Part shown: positions 34,852-45,802 of the stretch, piece by piece | How the letters are laid out: each line of letters starts with the position of its first letter | Numbering within the stretch: position 1 is the first letter of the stretch | Sequence record: OL780484.1 | Direction: 5' to 3' (one strand) | Length of the DNA stretch: 64,000 nt | From: Escherichia phage vB_EcoM-E33 | Program-made: the position numbers and the translations under genes | Notes under the pieces: model-generated | What the model was told of the DNA's origin: nothing | What the model saw: only the letters and a program-made list of their open reading frames with translations | Databases searched by the model: none

Positions 34852-36231
34852 ATGGCTGATGTAATTGATACCCTTTTTAAACAGGCTTTAGATGTTTACG
34901 ATGATTCTTTCACTCGTCGTGACTTAAAAAGTATTATCGACAACGAAGCATTGGCTTATGCAATGTATACTGTCGAAAACCGAGCCATTCCAAATATGAT
35001 TGATGGCTTTAAACCTGTACAACGTTTTGTAGTGGCTCGTTGTCTTGATATGGCTCGTGGTAATAAAGAAAAATTCCACAAACTGGCTTCTATCGCTGGT
35101 GGTGTAGCCGACCTCGGATATCACCACGGTGAAGGTTCTGCTCAGGAAGCAGGGGCTTTGATGGCTAACACATGGAACAACAACTATCCATTGTTAGACG
35201 GTCAAGGTAACTTCGGTTCTCGATTGGTTCAAAAGGCTGCAGCCTCTCGTTATATTTTTGCTCGTATCGGAAGTAACTTTGCAAAAGTTTATAAGGACAC
35301 AGAATATGCTCCGGTTCATGCGGATGTCGAACATAAGCCACCGGCTTTTTATCTGCCTATTATTCCTACTGTTCTTCTTAATGGCGTTTCCGGTATTGCA
35401 ACTGGTTATGCAACTAATATTCTTCCTCATAGTTTTGATTCTGTTAAGAAAGCTGTACTGCAAGTTCTTCAGGAAAAACGAGTAACCAAACCCAAAGTGG
35501 CTTATCCTGAATTCCGTGGTGAAGTTGTTGAGATTGAACCTGGTAGTTATGAGATTCGTGGAACGTATAAGTTCACATCTCGAACCCAAATGCATATCAC
35601 GGAAATCCCATACAAATACGACCGTGAAACATATGTGGCTAAGGTATTAGACCCTCTGGAAGACAAAGGGTATATCACATATGATGATGACTGTGACGAG
35701 AACGGTTTTGGCTTCAAGGTTAAGATTCGTAAAGAATACGAATTGCCTACTGATGAAAACAAGAAGCATGAAAAAATCATGAAGGACTTCGGGTTAATCG
35801 AACGTCGTTCACAAAACCTGACTGTCATTAATGAAAAAGGTAAACTTAAGGTTTACGAAGATGCAGTTGAACTGATTCGTGATTTCGTTGAGGTCCGTAA
35901 GACCTTTGTACAGAAACGTATTGATGGTAAAATCATCGAAACTGAAGAAGCTTTCAAACTGGCATTGGCTAAAGCCACATTTATCAAAGATGTTATTGAT
36001 GGTGTAGTGGTTATCCAAGGTAAGACCCGTAAGGTTTTAACCGAAGAATTGACCGGTAATAAAGTCTATGGCGAATATGCCGATAAACTAGTGGCCATGA
36101 ACATTTTCCATATCACTTCTGACGAAGCCAAGAAACTGGCCCTCGAAGCCAAGGCTAAGAAAGAAGAGCATCAATATTGGAAAACCACTGATGTTGTAAC
36201 TGAGTATGTTAAAGATTTGGAGGCTCTATGA
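34852..36231 (+). CDS. 52: DNA topoisomerase II medium subunit gp52 (GyrA-like)
   Basis: 459 aa; GFKPVQRFV and catalytic-Tyr region typical of type IIA topo A subunit. Confidence 0.9.
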   Translation: MADVIDTLFKQALDVYDDSFTRRDLKSIIDNEALAYAMYTVENRAIPNMIDGFKPVQRFVVARCLDMARGNKEKFHKLASIAGGVADLGYHHGEGSAQEAGALMANTWNNNYPLLDGQGNFGSRLVQKAAASRYIFARIGSNFAKVYKDTEYAPVHADVEHKPPAFYLPIIPTVLLNGVSGIATGYATNILPHSFDSVKKAVLQVLQEKRVTKPKVAYPEFRGEVVEIEPGSYEIRGTYKFTSRTQMHITEIPYKYDRETYVAKVLDPLEDKGYITYDDDCDENGFGFKVKIRKEYELPTDENKKHEKIMKDFGLIERRSQNLTVINEKGKLKVYEDAVELIRDFVEVRKTFVQKRIDGKIIETEEAFKLALAKATFIKDVIDGVVVIQGKTRKVLTEELTGNKVYGEYADKLVAMNIFHITSDEAKKLALEAKAKKEEHQYWKTTDVVTEYVKDLEAL

Positions 36232-36332
36232 GCCTTGGAGTCGAGTTCTTGTTACTCTGTATCTTTGCTGTTATCCTAGGCCTGGCGACAGGCTTAGCTA
36301 TAGGTTTAATAGCAGCCCACTTTAAAAAGTAA
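36228..36332 (+). CDS. Small hydrophobic peptide (34 aa)
   Basis: ATG overlapping gp52 stop; unverified. Confidence 0.25.
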   Translation: MSLGVEFLLLCIFAVILGLATGLAIGLIAAHFKK

Positions 36333-36356
36333 GGAACCTTCGGGTTCCTTTTTTGG
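36331..36356 (+). terminator. Rho-independent terminator (aaggaacc-UUCG-ggttcctt + T tract)
   Basis: Same hairpin sequence as at 16321; TTTTTTGGGTTT tail. Confidence 0.7.
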
Positions 36357-36373
36357 GTTTAGTGCAAAAAAGT

Positions 36374-36402
36374 GTTTACATCTGCTTTAAACATGATACT
36401 AT
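36374..36402 (+). promoter_or_regulatory. T4-type early promoter (motA)
   Basis: GTTTAC, 17 nt, TGaTACTAT, CTATCAAAT leader. Confidence 0.55.
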
Positions 36403-36440
36403 AGACCTATCAAATAAATGAACTGAAACGGAGATACAAA

Positions 36441-37073
36441 ATGTCTAAAATTACTTATATCATCAAAGCTTCTGAAGACGTCCTGAATGAAAAAACTGCT
36501 TCGATCTTAGTACATATCATCAAGCATAACTTCATCACTTCAGGCGAAGTCCGTGAAGCCCTGAGTGAGCATTTTAGTGCTGCGGTAGTTAACTCTAACA
36601 TCGGTGTATTGATTAAGAAAGGATTCATCGAAAAATCTGGTGACGGTTTAGTGGCTACAGGTGAAGCAATGGACCTAGTTCAAAAAGCCGCCGACCTGTT
36701 CGCTTCTGAAAATGCTCCAGAGATGTTGGAAAAACGTAAAACACGTAGCTCACGTGGTGTTACTCCTGAAATGGTAACCATGGCCGATGAAGTTAAAGCT
36801 TTATTAGAAGATCGTATCGAGATTCGTGAAATTGCTGAAAACCGTAGCAACCTTGAAGTTCGATTCGCCAAACGTACCAATGGTATTCGTCAAATTGAAG
36901 TCCGTCGTGACGGAATGATGCGTATCTTCGGTTATAATATGACTGATAAAGAAAAACAAGTGTTTACTTCCTTGAATCTTGATGTTAAGATTAAGACTGG
37001 TGGTAAGAATACTTATATCGACTTCCAAAATGTATCATCTGAAGTTATCAAAACCGTAACCAACGCAATTTAA
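36441..37073 (+). CDS. motA: Middle-transcription activator MotA
   Basis: 210 aa; MSKITYIIKASEDVLNEKTASIL… close to T4 MotA as recalled. Confidence 0.92.
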   Translation: MSKITYIIKASEDVLNEKTASILVHIIKHNFITSGEVREALSEHFSAAVVNSNIGVLIKKGFIEKSGDGLVATGEAMDLVQKAADLFASENAPEMLEKRKTRSSRGVTPEMVTMADEVKALLEDRIEIREIAENRSNLEVRFAKRTNGIRQIEVRRDGMMRIFGYNMTDKEKQVFTSLNLDVKIKTGGKNTYIDFQNVSSEVIKTVTNAI

Positions 37074-37091
37074 CTGACTGAGGAAATTATT

Positions 37092-37421
37092 ATGAACAAG
37101 CTTAATATTGTTAATGAACTTCGTCGTTGTGCAGAACCTACTCAAGAAGGTTGGGACATTTGGTACCACGGTGCTTATCTCGGCACTATTGTTAAGATTA
37201 AAGCAGGTAAATACTTAATCATCCGTGGTGGTTCTGAAGCTTCTATGGGAATTCGCAAAAACTTTATGGCAGCAATCAGCACCTTTGTTCCGGCGGCCTA
37301 CGAAGTTTATAAAGCGGACTACAAAGAATACCAGGAATCACAGCCGGTTATTCGTTCAATTGGTGTTAATAAAGCTCAACAGAAAACTTTATGGCAACGT
37401 GTTAAAGGATGGTTCAAATGA
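37092..37421 (+). CDS. Hypothetical protein (109 aa)
   Basis: SD GAGGAAA. Confidence 0.45.
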   Translation: MNKLNIVNELRRCAEPTQEGWDIWYHGAYLGTIVKIKAGKYLIIRGGSEASMGIRKNFMAAISTFVPAAYEVYKADYKEYQESQPVIRSIGVNKAQQKTLWQRVKGWFK

Positions 37422-37756
37422 TTCCGATGGAACTTGACTGGGACGGCGAAGGCCATTCCCTTAAATTAATCGAAGAGCAGCGTAATGATTGGGACGAGCG
37501 TGTAGCTCTGGTAAACGGTATTAAGAAAATTTATCAACTCAATCTCCAGATTGATAACGTTCATCTTGAATTTGGTATGCAGTTATTACGATTTCTTGAG
37601 ATTATTTTTATTGAAAAGGTAAATATAACTTCGTATGGCGAGGGCCAAACAGTTGATATTAAATTATCATCCTATTATAAAGGTGATTTAATTGAAACTG
37701 CCACCAAAATTCAAGAATTTGCTAAAGATAATGGCCATAAGGTGATTTTCAAATGA
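37418..37756 (+). CDS. Hypothetical protein (112 aa)
   Basis: ATG 37418 overlapping upstream stop. Confidence 0.45.
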   Translation: MIPMELDWDGEGHSLKLIEEQRNDWDERVALVNGIKKIYQLNLQIDNVHLEFGMQLLRFLEIIFIEKVNITSYGEGQTVDIKLSSYYKGDLIETATKIQEFAKDNGHKVIFK

Positions 37757-38241
37757 ACCCATTAAAAGGTAAAGAATTATCCTTTAAAGACCGTATGGCC
37801 TTGTTGGATAAAGCTCTTTCTCGCGAGACTCCTGAAAGTCTAGCAGCTAAATTACAGGCCTATGGTGATTACACCGAATATACAGAAGAGGATGTTTTAG
37901 AAGAGGTTCCTGAAATCTGTTGGCAAGTGGCCCATTGGTGTGAAGACCAAAAATTCCAGCGTCGAATTGTGTGTGCTGCAAACCGTTTTAAGTTAAAAGA
38001 TGGTGGAACTCTGGTTATTCCTGCGACACGTCATTACTCTAAAGATATGGGTGCGGTTATCAAGGCAGTTGAAGATAAATTGGTAACACGATTTGTCTGT
38101 GATGATGACCAAGGCTTTGTCGACCAATATGGTAATTATTGGACTCGTGAAGAAGCAATGATAATTGCAACATATGCTAATCAGGTTCGTATTGAACGTG
38201 GTGGTAGTGAAAAAGAACTTTACTCTGAGGACCTTTACTAA
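37753..38241 (+). CDS. Hypothetical protein (162 aa)
   Basis: ORF track; coupled start. Confidence 0.45.
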   Translation: MNPLKGKELSFKDRMALLDKALSRETPESLAAKLQAYGDYTEYTEEDVLEEVPEICWQVAHWCEDQKFQRRIVCAANRFKLKDGGTLVIPATRHYSKDMGAVIKAVEDKLVTRFVCDDDQGFVDQYGNYWTREEAMIIATYANQVRIERGGSEKELYSEDLY

Positions 38242-38522
38242 TGAATCTTAAACAACTTCAAATCGATGCAATCGAAACCCATATTAATCATGTTAAACGA
38301 CTGAATGTCATGCTGGAAGACAACTGGGGAACTTATGTCAACCAACCGGCTTGGGATGCTTTAGACCACGAATATATAAAGAATATTAGTTCTAAGACAA
38401 TCCACGGGAATATGGAAGGTTTGAAGCCGTTCCTACGTGATATGTATATTGCAACTAATAAAGAAATTATCAGCTCTCTTGAATATCAATTAAGGAAATT
38501 ACGTGAACAATCTGGTAGCTAA
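38241..38522 (+). CDS. Hypothetical protein (93 aa)
   Basis: ORF track; coupled start. Confidence 0.4.
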   Translation: MNLKQLQIDAIETHINHVKRLNVMLEDNWGTYVNQPAWDALDHEYIKNISSKTIHGNMEGLKPFLRDMYIATNKEIISSLEYQLRKLREQSGS

Positions 38523-38755
38523 GCACGATTTCAATAAGGCTTCTGTCCATAAGGACAAGAAGAAAAATCTTAAAGAGTCTAAACGTAAACAGAAACATAA
38601 GGGTAAAGGCTATGAGTCATAACTTAGAGAATACCGTAACAGGCATGCGTACGCGTGAGCAGGAGTGCTTTGAGGAATTCCTGGGAGCTGATTTTAAGTT
38701 CCAGGAACCAATAGAAGAGATGTATCAGGAATATGTTAAAAAGAACGAAGAACAT

Positions 38756-38784
38756 GTTTACAATCCCTAAGGATATGTTAGTAT
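38756..38784 (+). promoter_or_regulatory. T4-type early promoter (asiA)
   Basis: GTTTAC, 17 nt, TGtTAGTAT, CTATCAGAT leader. Confidence 0.5.
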
Positions 38785-38825
38785 AGCCCTATCAGATAAT
38801 GACGTACTGAATTGAAGAGAATATT

Positions 38826-39101
38826 ATGACTAAAATTGAAATTGTTTCCGAAATTGCTACTATTGTTTCCATTTTGATTAAAACGGATTGTGAAGACATC
38901 ATGCAACGTCGTGATGAGTTTATTGCCTTTTTGAATGAGTTGGGTATTCGTAATGAACATGGAAAGGAACTTAATGGTTTGTCTTATAACAAATTATTTA
39001 AGTCATTAACTGAAGATGAACGTGACACTCTTATTGAGCAATTTAATGAAGGGTATGAAGATATACACCGTTACTTAATGATGTATACCTCCAATTTCTA
39101 A
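38826..39101 (+). CDS. asiA: Anti-sigma70 factor AsiA
   Basis: 91 aa; …IAFLNELGI…LIEQFNEGYEDIHRYLMMYTS matches T4 AsiA. Confidence 0.92.
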   Translation: MTKIEIVSEIATIVSILIKTDCEDIMQRRDEFIAFLNELGIRNEHGKELNGLSYNKLFKSLTEDERDTLIEQFNEGYEDIHRYLMMYTSNF

Positions 39102-39751
39102 CGTGTTCGACCTAATGTCCTCCCAGCCTGACCGCACATAGACGAAAGTCTAGGAAATCCTAAATCCGGTTTGATATCATACCAGTACAACGATATCGAG
39201 CCGGCGTAGACGTTATCCAAATTAAAAAACGGGCACGAAAACATATACGTGAATTGTGTTTTCTTCTTTGTAGGAAGGAACACAGTTTCGGTACTTGATT
39301 CAAAATAGTTCCCGTTAACTCCCGCCATATATTCTACTGACGTTTTGTCAATTGGAAACCCTCCCGTGTTTTTTGCGTCTACCGTTTCCGGTAATTTACC
39401 CTCGTAAGCCACCATATCCACAAAATAATTCATGTTGGTCGGTCTAAAAGAATATATTGCTGTGAAGTCTGCGCCTGAAGAAGAATGCACTATTCGGAGC
39501 TGCTCGATAGCCGCAATTTTAAATCTATTGTCCTGGTCTTGTCTAATCATTTCAGTATAAGAGGCATAAGTAGTCTCTTTATAAAAGTTTAGAATATACT
39601 CGCCTTTATACCAAACCAATGCCATAAAGAACAATAATATTACGACTAGGACCCGGGAAAAAACTACTTTCCCGGAAGAAGTATCTTTAAAAATTCTATC
39701 AAGAAGTCCAAAAAGTAGGTCTGATAATGATATTCCTACTTTTGGTTCCAT
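39098..39751 (-). CDS. t: Holin T
   Basis: 217 aa; …LSDLLFGLLDRIFKD…VWYKG…NYFVDMVAYEGKLP… matches T4 holin; SD AAGGAG; late promoter upstream. Confidence 0.95.
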   Translation of the reverse strand: MEPKVGISLSDLLFGLLDRIFKDTSSGKVVFSRVLVVILLFFMALVWYKGEYILNFYKETTYASYTEMIRQDQDNRFKIAAIEQLRIVHSSSGADFTAIYSFRPTNMNYFVDMVAYEGKLPETVDAKNTGGFPIDKTSVEYMAGVNGNYFESSTETVFLPTKKKTQFTYMFSCPFFNLDNVYAGSISLYWYDIKPDLGFPRLSSMCGQAGRTLGRTR

Positions 39752-39769
39752 ACTTTTCTCCTTTAAAGA

Positions 39770-39777
39770 TATTTATA
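39770..39777 (-). promoter_or_regulatory. T4-type late promoter TATAAATA (holin t)
   Basis: Reverse complement of tatttata, ~19 nt upstream of t start. Confidence 0.6.
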
Positions 39778-39788
39778 GAGCTTATGCA

Positions 39789-40595
39789 CTATAGCCAGGA
39801 ACCGTAGATAACACCTGTATTATGCCAAGTAGGAGAACTTCCAGCAACAGCAGCTCCTGCGCCGCCGCCAGCGCCGACTTTTAGAACTTTACCACCATCA
39901 TTCCATGCGTTCTGGCCTGCGGCGCCAGCATCACCGCCATGACCTGAGTGGGCGTTACCATAATTGTATCCACCGCCAGGGCTTTCATAAGAAGCACCAC
40001 CGCCAGAGTATCCACCGCCGCCACCAGGGCCAAATGGACGTCCACCACCACCACCGATATCTTGCCAGTTAGCACCTGAGTGAGGACGATACGCAATGCC
40101 GCCACCGCCGCCGCCACCGCCACAGATAACCCCACCATTATTAATTCTTAAACGACCACCAATATCATTTACAATACAAGTTCCACCCCATTGGCCGTTG
40201 CCATCGCCACCCGAGTGGGTCCAACCACCTTGACCACCTCGGCCCCATATATGAACCCCACCACCAATATTCAATTGAACATATTCGTTTGGAGTATCCC
40301 CATACATAAAGAACAATGGAACATCACGGGTATAAGATACTAATGTACCTGTAAGATTAAACACAATAGGCGCACTACCAGCTTCAAAGCAACGGTCGCG
40401 GAACCACTGCCCATTAAAGTTATGGTCCCCACCTAAAGTATGAATAACTTCAACAGACCGGCCGTTCATATTACTCATCCAAAATGGGACACCCATTCTT
40501 AATCTTACAGCGGCTCCTGCCATCCAAGGGTCTCCTGTCTGCGCCCTTGCAGAAGTTCCTATCCACGGTCCTGCTACTGCCATATAAACCTCCAA
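39789..40595 (-). CDS. 38: gp38 tail-fiber tip adhesin (T2-type, Gly-rich motifs)
   Basis: 268 aa with multiple polyglycine stretches (GGGGGGGG, GGGGG) separating short variable segments; directly downstream of gene 37. Confidence 0.85.
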   Translation of the reverse strand: MEVYMAVAGPWIGTSARAQTGDPWMAGAAVRLRMGVPFWMSNMNGRSVEVIHTLGGDHNFNGQWFRDRCFEAGSAPIVFNLTGTLVSYTRDVPLFFMYGDTPNEYVQLNIGGGVHIWGRGGQGGWTHSGGDGNGQWGGTCIVNDIGGRLRINNGGVICGGGGGGGGIAYRPHSGANWQDIGGGGGRPFGPGGGGGYSGGGASYESPGGGYNYGNAHSGHGGDAGAAGQNAWNDGGKVLKVGAGGGAGAAVAGSSPTWHNTGVIYGSWL

Positions 40596-40609
40596 GGGGC
40601 CGAAGCCCC
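40596..40609 (-). other. ggggc-UUCG-gcccc hairpin between gene 37 stop and gene 38 SD
   Basis: Read on - strand: …GAGGGGCUUCGGCCCCUUGGAGGUUUAUAUG. Confidence 0.5.
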
Positions 40610-40614
40610 TCTTA

Positions 40615-43600
40615 TTATTTTAACAATGATTTAATTAATGCTTTAAGTTCTTCAATCTCTGATTTCAATTCTGCTATTTCTGCAGTGTGCTCATTGATTG
40701 CAGCTGTATTTAAACCAATTACACCGTTATAGTTCAAACGAAGTAAAGCTTCACCATCAGGGTCACCTTCAACTAATTCTGGTAAAATAGCTTGAACTTC
40801 TTGAGCTATCAAACCGGCGTTAGGTTCCCATTTCTGATTGCCTTCTTCATCTAGGCCTCGCTTCTGCATATAAGTGTAACCATTAATTTTAGAAAGTGTT
40901 TGTGAAGCATTTTCAAATTTAACGAGGTCTTTTTTAACGCGAATATCAGAACGGACATAAACATCACGGACAAACGTTGAATAGGCATCACCCTGTTGGA
41001 CTAAATGACCATGAGAAACAATTGCTTTACCGACTTCTGTCCAAAAAGCACCGGATGAATCCCATAACCCCTCATGTGCCAGACGTTGAGATCCCCATGA
41101 CGCAATATGAACACTATCGGCAAACATGTTAATACGGCCGTCACCGCCCCAGACTAAACCAGTATCATTATCACCAATAACAAGACACGGCCCGGGCCAT
41201 GCAGGGTCTCCACCACCAGCTGATAATCTTGCTCCAGTTTTAACCATATTAGGAACATACAGAACTCCATTGTGATGGAATTCATAGATAGCTTGTGGGT
41301 CTTGACCATTTTCCTGGTTACCTACACGAATAATACCTTGCGCCCAAGTATTAGTAATGCGTCGCATACCAAAATCTACACCCGATATGTATCCTTCGTT
41401 AGTAATACCAGATTTTCCTTTGATAATCGGGTAATAACTATCATTACCAACATTACCAAAATCTACAAACACCGGAGCTTCTTGTCGCCATTGATTACCC
41501 CAATCGCCAGCTTGGTGTGCAGCCCATTGTGAACCCTTTATATAAAGACGGTCCCTATTAAAATAAAAAGTATCCGCCCCTTGAGGAGCTAAACCAACTT
41601 CTCCACTATTATGAATATTAACGCCTGAATTAGTTTGGAAACTATAAAACGATAAGTTGTTATCAGCGCCGCCATTACCAACATACCAGTTATTAACGCC
41701 TGCTTTTTGTCCTTTCACATAACCAGATTCGGTTGCAGCACTGTTAATAACAATAGCATCCGAGTTTGCATTGATAGTTAAGCGGCCGGTCATCGTGTCG
41801 CCTTCTTTAGCCACACGGGAGGCAATAGCATCATGAATGTTAGTTATATCACCAGCAGAGGTAAATACGTTCCAAATGTTGGAGAAGATATTACCATTTC
41901 GAGCAATAGTAGCTTCACCGCCGCCAACCTGTACGTTATCCGGGAAATTAACTGTACCATCAGCATTAAATCTTGATGTATGACCTTGGGTCCCGTCTTC
42001 TTTGTAATGATGCAAAACAAAAGTCCCGGAATTAATTTCAGTACCTAAAGACCAAACAGCTTTTCCTTGTAAGAATTTCTGCTTAACAATAGGATAATAT
42101 TTACTTACCGCGTCATCATCAATTTCTTGGAAAACAGGAGCTGCTTGTGCATATTGAATATCGTAACCGCCTGCACCTGCACCATGTCCACCGAATTTAA
42201 TATAACCGTTTGCTGCAAAAAAAGCATAACTCAAATCTAGGTCAGGAATAACAACCTTACCGGTATCCAATGCCAAACTAAATGGACGAAGTGGTCCGAT
42301 ATCACCATTTTTACCTTCACCGTAAGCAGTTGGAATAATATGAAGACTTCCTTCTGAACGTCTAAAAATGGCACCGTAATCATTGTTCCAAATACGAAGA
42401 CCATTTACAGCATTTGTCGCGATTTCACCGGCTGCGCTGATTGTACCGTCAAATGTAGCATTTTTTACTACAGTCAAGTTTTCATTAACAATCTGGGTGC
42501 CATTTAGAACCGATTCGACTTTACCAGCAGTTGTTCGTTGAATATATTGCATCCAGCTAGTAGCATCAGATATTTCCATTACGTTTTTACGGTCGCCATC
42601 AACATTAGTAAAGGTATTACCCCAAACGCTGATAGTCATATTATCAACTGAACTACTTCCTGTAGTATTTCCTCTGAACATTAGTGTAGAAGCATTGTTG
42701 TGGCCATCAATATTAACCGAACCACCAACAACATCAATATTACCAGGAGTAACTAACAAACCACCAGCGGTGTTAACGTTTGTAGTACCCTTACCACGGA
42801 AATAGTGGTGATAATTGCCACCTTGATAATAACCTAAAAGAGTTTGACCGTCGCCATACGCGTTATTATCATGATAAGTGACAACCGTCGCCAAAGCATA
42901 GTTTTCCGACGGAGGAGTGGTTAAATCGGTACCGTTTACAGAATAACCCATAACCATTTTTCTAAGACTGGTGGTTTCTGCAGGGCCGTACAGGAAAGTT
43001 CTCGTGCCGTTATTAACGCTGAAATAATATCCATCCTGATGCCATTTTAACCCGGTGTCATTATCGCCAAGAGCAATTGAAGCCGTTCCTAATTCAGAAT
43101 ATCCTTTAGAGTTACCTGGGGTGCCTACAGAAATAGAATGGCCTGCTTTCAATCCACCGGACCAGGTAAATGACCAAAGATAAGCTTCTAAGCCGTCGCC
43201 GGCATACCAGGTTATTCCGTCATTATCTTTAACTTCATGGAAAATGCTCGAACTAACGGCATTTCGCATAACACGAAGGTGGTTAATAGCTGTTTCACTT
43301 TCTGCCAATGGGGTATTATCGGCCATTGAATAGATATCATAATCACCTTTAACCTTTTTATTAGTAATAACTTTATTGGTATAAATTACCGGAGTTGATA
43401 CAGATTTCCATCCAAAAACTTCAGGGGAAGAAAACACACCATTGCCTGAAAACGCGTAGGTGCTTTCGCCACTTGTCGCATAATCTTGTACGCGAATATT
43501 AACTACCTGAGTGGTCGCTCCAGCATTATTTGGCGAAAAGATAATGCCACGTTCGCGGGATGCGCCGTCAAAAAATCTCAAATGGGACGTCGATGCACTC

Positions 43601-43941
43601 TTAGAAATAAGCTCGCCACCTTCGGTCATTATCTGGCCAGCGGCAATAATGTCACGAGTTACACGAGCAATACCGGTTAAATTAAAATCACCTGTTTGGG
43701 TAAAGGTACCATTTAGGGTGTAATCGCCAGTCTGGTTGTAGTTACCGGTATGAATAACATTGCCGTCAATATTACCACCTTTAGCAAAGCCAAGGTCGAT
43801 AATCGCTCCAGTATCGTCTTTAGTAAAAAGTAAACGGTCCTTTAAGTTAATAGCCAGTTCGCCTTCAGCCAACTGGGCCGGTGCTGGACGTACACCGGCT
43901 ACTTTACTTCTTTTAAATTGGATTTGCTTTAAAGTAGCCAT
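40615..43941 (-). CDS. 37: Long tail fiber distal subunit gp37 with C-terminal intramolecular-chaperone (S74-like) domain
   Basis: 1108 aa; C-terminus …SDIRVKKDL…GYTY…[15 protein letters not shown]… + coiled coil. Confidence 0.93.
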   Translation of the reverse strand: MATLKQIQFKRSKVAGVRPAPAQLAEGELAINLKDRLLFTKDDTGAIIDLGFAKGGNIDGNVIHTGNYNQTGDYTLNGTFTQTGDFNLTGIARVTRDIIAAGQIMTEGGELISKSASTSHLRFFDGASRERGIIFSPNNAGATTQVVNIRVQDYATSGESTYAFSGNGVFSSPEVFGWKSVSTPVIYTNKVITNKKVKGDYDIYSMADNTPLAESETAINHLRVMRNAVSSSIFHEVKDNDGITWYAGDGLEAYLWSFTWSGGLKAGHSISVGTPGNSKGYSELGTASIALGDNDTGLKWHQDGYYFSVNNGTRTFLYGPAETTSLRKMVMGYSVNGTDLTTPPSENYALATVVTYHDNNAYGDGQTLLGYYQGGNYHHYFRGKGTTNVNTAGGLLVTPGNIDVVGGSVNIDGHNNASTLMFRGNTTGSSSVDNMTISVWGNTFTNVDGDRKNVMEISDATSWMQYIQRTTAGKVESVLNGTQIVNENLTVVKNATFDGTISAAGEIATNAVNGLRIWNNDYGAIFRRSEGSLHIIPTAYGEGKNGDIGPLRPFSLALDTGKVVIPDLDLSYAFFAANGYIKFGGHGAGAGGYDIQYAQAAPVFQEIDDDAVSKYYPIVKQKFLQGKAVWSLGTEINSGTFVLHHYKEDGTQGHTSRFNADGTVNFPDNVQVGGGEATIARNGNIFSNIWNVFTSAGDITNIHDAIASRVAKEGDTMTGRLTINANSDAIVINSAATESGYVKGQKAGVNNWYVGNGGADNNLSFYSFQTNSGVNIHNSGEVGLAPQGADTFYFNRDRLYIKGSQWAAHQAGDWGNQWRQEAPVFVDFGNVGNDSYYPIIKGKSGITNEGYISGVDFGMRRITNTWAQGIIRVGNQENGQDPQAIYEFHHNGVLYVPNMVKTGARLSAGGGDPAWPGPCLVIGDNDTGLVWGGDGRINMFADSVHIASWGSQRLAHEGLWDSSGAFWTEVGKAIVSHGHLVQQGDAYSTFVRDVYVRSDIRVKKDLVKFENASQTLSKINGYTYMQKRGLDEEGNQKWEPNAGLIAQEVQAILPELVEGDPDGEALLRLNYNGVIGLNTAAINEHTAEIAELKSEIEELKALIKSLLK

Positions 43942-43949
43942 AATGCCTC

Positions 43950-44597
43950 TTAATAATAACCAAAATCTTGAATAGAATCTTTAATAACAATCTGGTCAAA
44001 ACGAGGAACGTGTCCTGCGTCAGAGGCCGGATTCAGCGAAATAAAGTTAGGAGCAGCAAGTACCCCGGTCATTGTTTGCATGTTAGTATTATTTATTTGG
44101 ACTTGTTTTGCGTTATCTACTAACGATAATCCTACTTGAGCTTTAGTAGGGGTGTTGCCTGGGCTGAATACACGACCTGATTCGTCATAAACTTGACGGG
44201 ATAATGAATCACCCATTACTGTGAGGCGTTTAGCACCCACTACTGTACTTGGGTCAAATATAACGAACGGTGTACCGTCTTCCGTTTCATATCCAAAAGC
44301 ACCTTTAATACGGAAAGAAGCCGTGAACGGGGCCCCGCCAGTTCTTGCTCCTAATTTAATACCATATCCATTGGTATCATTAAAGGTCAGGCCTTTTTCA
44401 AAATACACGTTATTCTTATAATTACCACCATTTGCTTTTGAAACAAAGTCGTTATCAGCGGCTTGTGGTTTATTATATTCGGTGTAAACTTTATACGTTT
44501 TGTAAAGAAGGTCATTTGATACAGGCGTTAAGGGGAAATTACCTTGGTGCCATAATACTGAACCTCCTGCTGTAGAACCTAATTTTAAATCTGCCAT
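43950..44597 (-). CDS. 36: Long tail fiber hinge connector gp36
   Basis: 215 aa (T4 221 aa); synteny 35-36-37. Confidence 0.85.
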   Translation of the reverse strand: MADLKLGSTAGGSVLWHQGNFPLTPVSNDLLYKTYKVYTEYNKPQAADNDFVSKANGGNYKNNVYFEKGLTFNDTNGYGIKLGARTGGAPFTASFRIKGAFGYETEDGTPFVIFDPSTVVGAKRLTVMGDSLSRQVYDESGRVFSPGNTPTKAQVGLSLVDNAKQVQINNTNMQTMTGVLAAPNFISLNPASDAGHVPRFDQIVIKDSIQDFGYY

Positions 44598-44630
44598 TTG
44601 AGTTTCCTTTGGGAGTTATAGCCTTTTATA

Positions 44631-44638
44631 TATTTATG
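44631..44638 (-). promoter_or_regulatory. Late-promoter-like element CATAAATA (7/8 match) upstream of gene 36
   Basis: ~34 nt upstream of gp36 ATG, same spacing as gene 34 late promoter. Confidence 0.3.
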
Positions 44639-44640
44639 GC

Positions 44641-44674
44641 CGTAGAAAACGAAAAAGGAACCCGAAGGTTCCTT
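44641..44674 (-). terminator. Rho-independent terminator after gene 35 (aaggaacc-UUCG-ggttcctt + T-rich)
   Basis: Hairpin overlaps gp35 stop; followed on - strand by TTTCGTTTTC. Confidence 0.55.
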
Positions 44675-45794
44675 AATATTTTTCTCTAAATTCAGCGACC
44701 CAAACCTGACCAGGTTTAGTGCCTGTTTTATCATATAGCTGGGCTATGGTAGTACCCATATTTTTAGTTTCTGTACCAAAGTTCATACGAATACCGTTAA
44801 CACCAAATTCAGCGGGTTTTGGCTGAGGTTCTGATTCAGATATCTCACCGAACATAACATTTCGAACTCCACCTTGTCCGGCCGAAGCTGTTTTTCTGGC
44901 ATAAAGGGTAAAGTCTGTAGTACCTTCAGGAACCATTACTACCCGTTCAAATGTCATCCATGCACCAGCAGGAACGTTGGAAGGAACGTCCATATTAACT
45001 GTCCCGGTTAAAGCACCTGAGGCATTAAAAAATCTAACAGACATCTGAGAGGTCCCGACGTCTTTTAAAGCTTGGTCGCGCATTAATTGAAACTTAAGGT
45101 AAAAGAATTCACCTGGTTTCATATTATAATCTGTTAATGGGGTTGTAGGAGATTCGGTAGGAAATCGCTTAATTTCATCTCCATCATTGCTTAGATAAGT
45201 GCTTTCGTCTTCAACAATTCTGACAGGATATCCTGTACCACCAACGTCGCTGATATCATCAAATACCACTTCTAATGGGGTAGAAACATCTTCGACCAAT
45301 ACCCCATCATTATAAAGCACATGTTCCATTACTATAGCATTCCTTCCTGAAACATAAAATGCCGAATAAGACGGCTCGAAGCGGTCTATTAGCCATTTAG
45401 ATGGAAATGCGGTACTTCCTGCTGCACGGAACCAATCGATAAGTTTTTGTGAAGCATTTAATCTACCAGAAGATACTAAACAAACTATTCTATTAGCCGG
45501 TATAGAATTTATATACGTTATAAAAGCTTCAGAAATAACATCAAAATCTTTTGTAAAACTATAAGTTTTGTTAGCCACTATTTTGGGTTCAGCACTAACA
45601 TCGATTTCTATAAGGTTTAATCCATTTTGAAAATTCTGGGAACCGAAGTTCCCATCTTGAAATTTAACATATGCTTTTGTGGTAGACTTAGTACAACTAC
45701 CAGCTATACTAAGTTTATACCTCACAGCATTGTTTTCAGATAATGTAGGAACCTGGACATATCCTTGTCCAAATTCTGCCATAAATCTTTCCAT
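44673..45794 (-). CDS. 35: Long tail fiber hinge protein gp35
   Basis: 373 aa (T4 372 aa); synteny. Confidence 0.85.
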   Translation of the reverse strand: MERFMAEFGQGYVQVPTLSENNAVRYKLSIAGSCTKSTTKAYVKFQDGNFGSQNFQNGLNLIEIDVSAEPKIVANKTYSFTKDFDVISEAFITYINSIPANRIVCLVSSGRLNASQKLIDWFRAAGSTAFPSKWLIDRFEPSYSAFYVSGRNAIVMEHVLYNDGVLVEDVSTPLEVVFDDISDVGGTGYPVRIVEDESTYLSNDGDEIKRFPTESPTTPLTDYNMKPGEFFYLKFQLMRDQALKDVGTSQMSVRFFNASGALTGTVNMDVPSNVPAGAWMTFERVVMVPEGTTDFTLYARKTASAGQGGVRNVMFGEISESEPQPKPAEFGVNGIRMNFGTETKNMGTTIAQLYDKTGTKPGQVWVAEFREKY

Positions 45795-45802
45795 AATACC
45801 TC

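Noticed and set aside
39900-40140. Repetitive GGN-rich tracts (ggtggcggcgg…) that could look like simple repeats or a CRISPR-like array
   Set aside because: They are in-frame codons for the polyglycine motifs of the gp38 adhesin on the - strand; no spacer/repeat periodicity.
39881-40732. ORFs 39881..40138 (-) and 40484..40732 (+) in the tail-fiber region
   Set aside because: Nested within or overlapping gp38/gp37 coding sequence in other frames; products of GC-rich Gly-codon runs.
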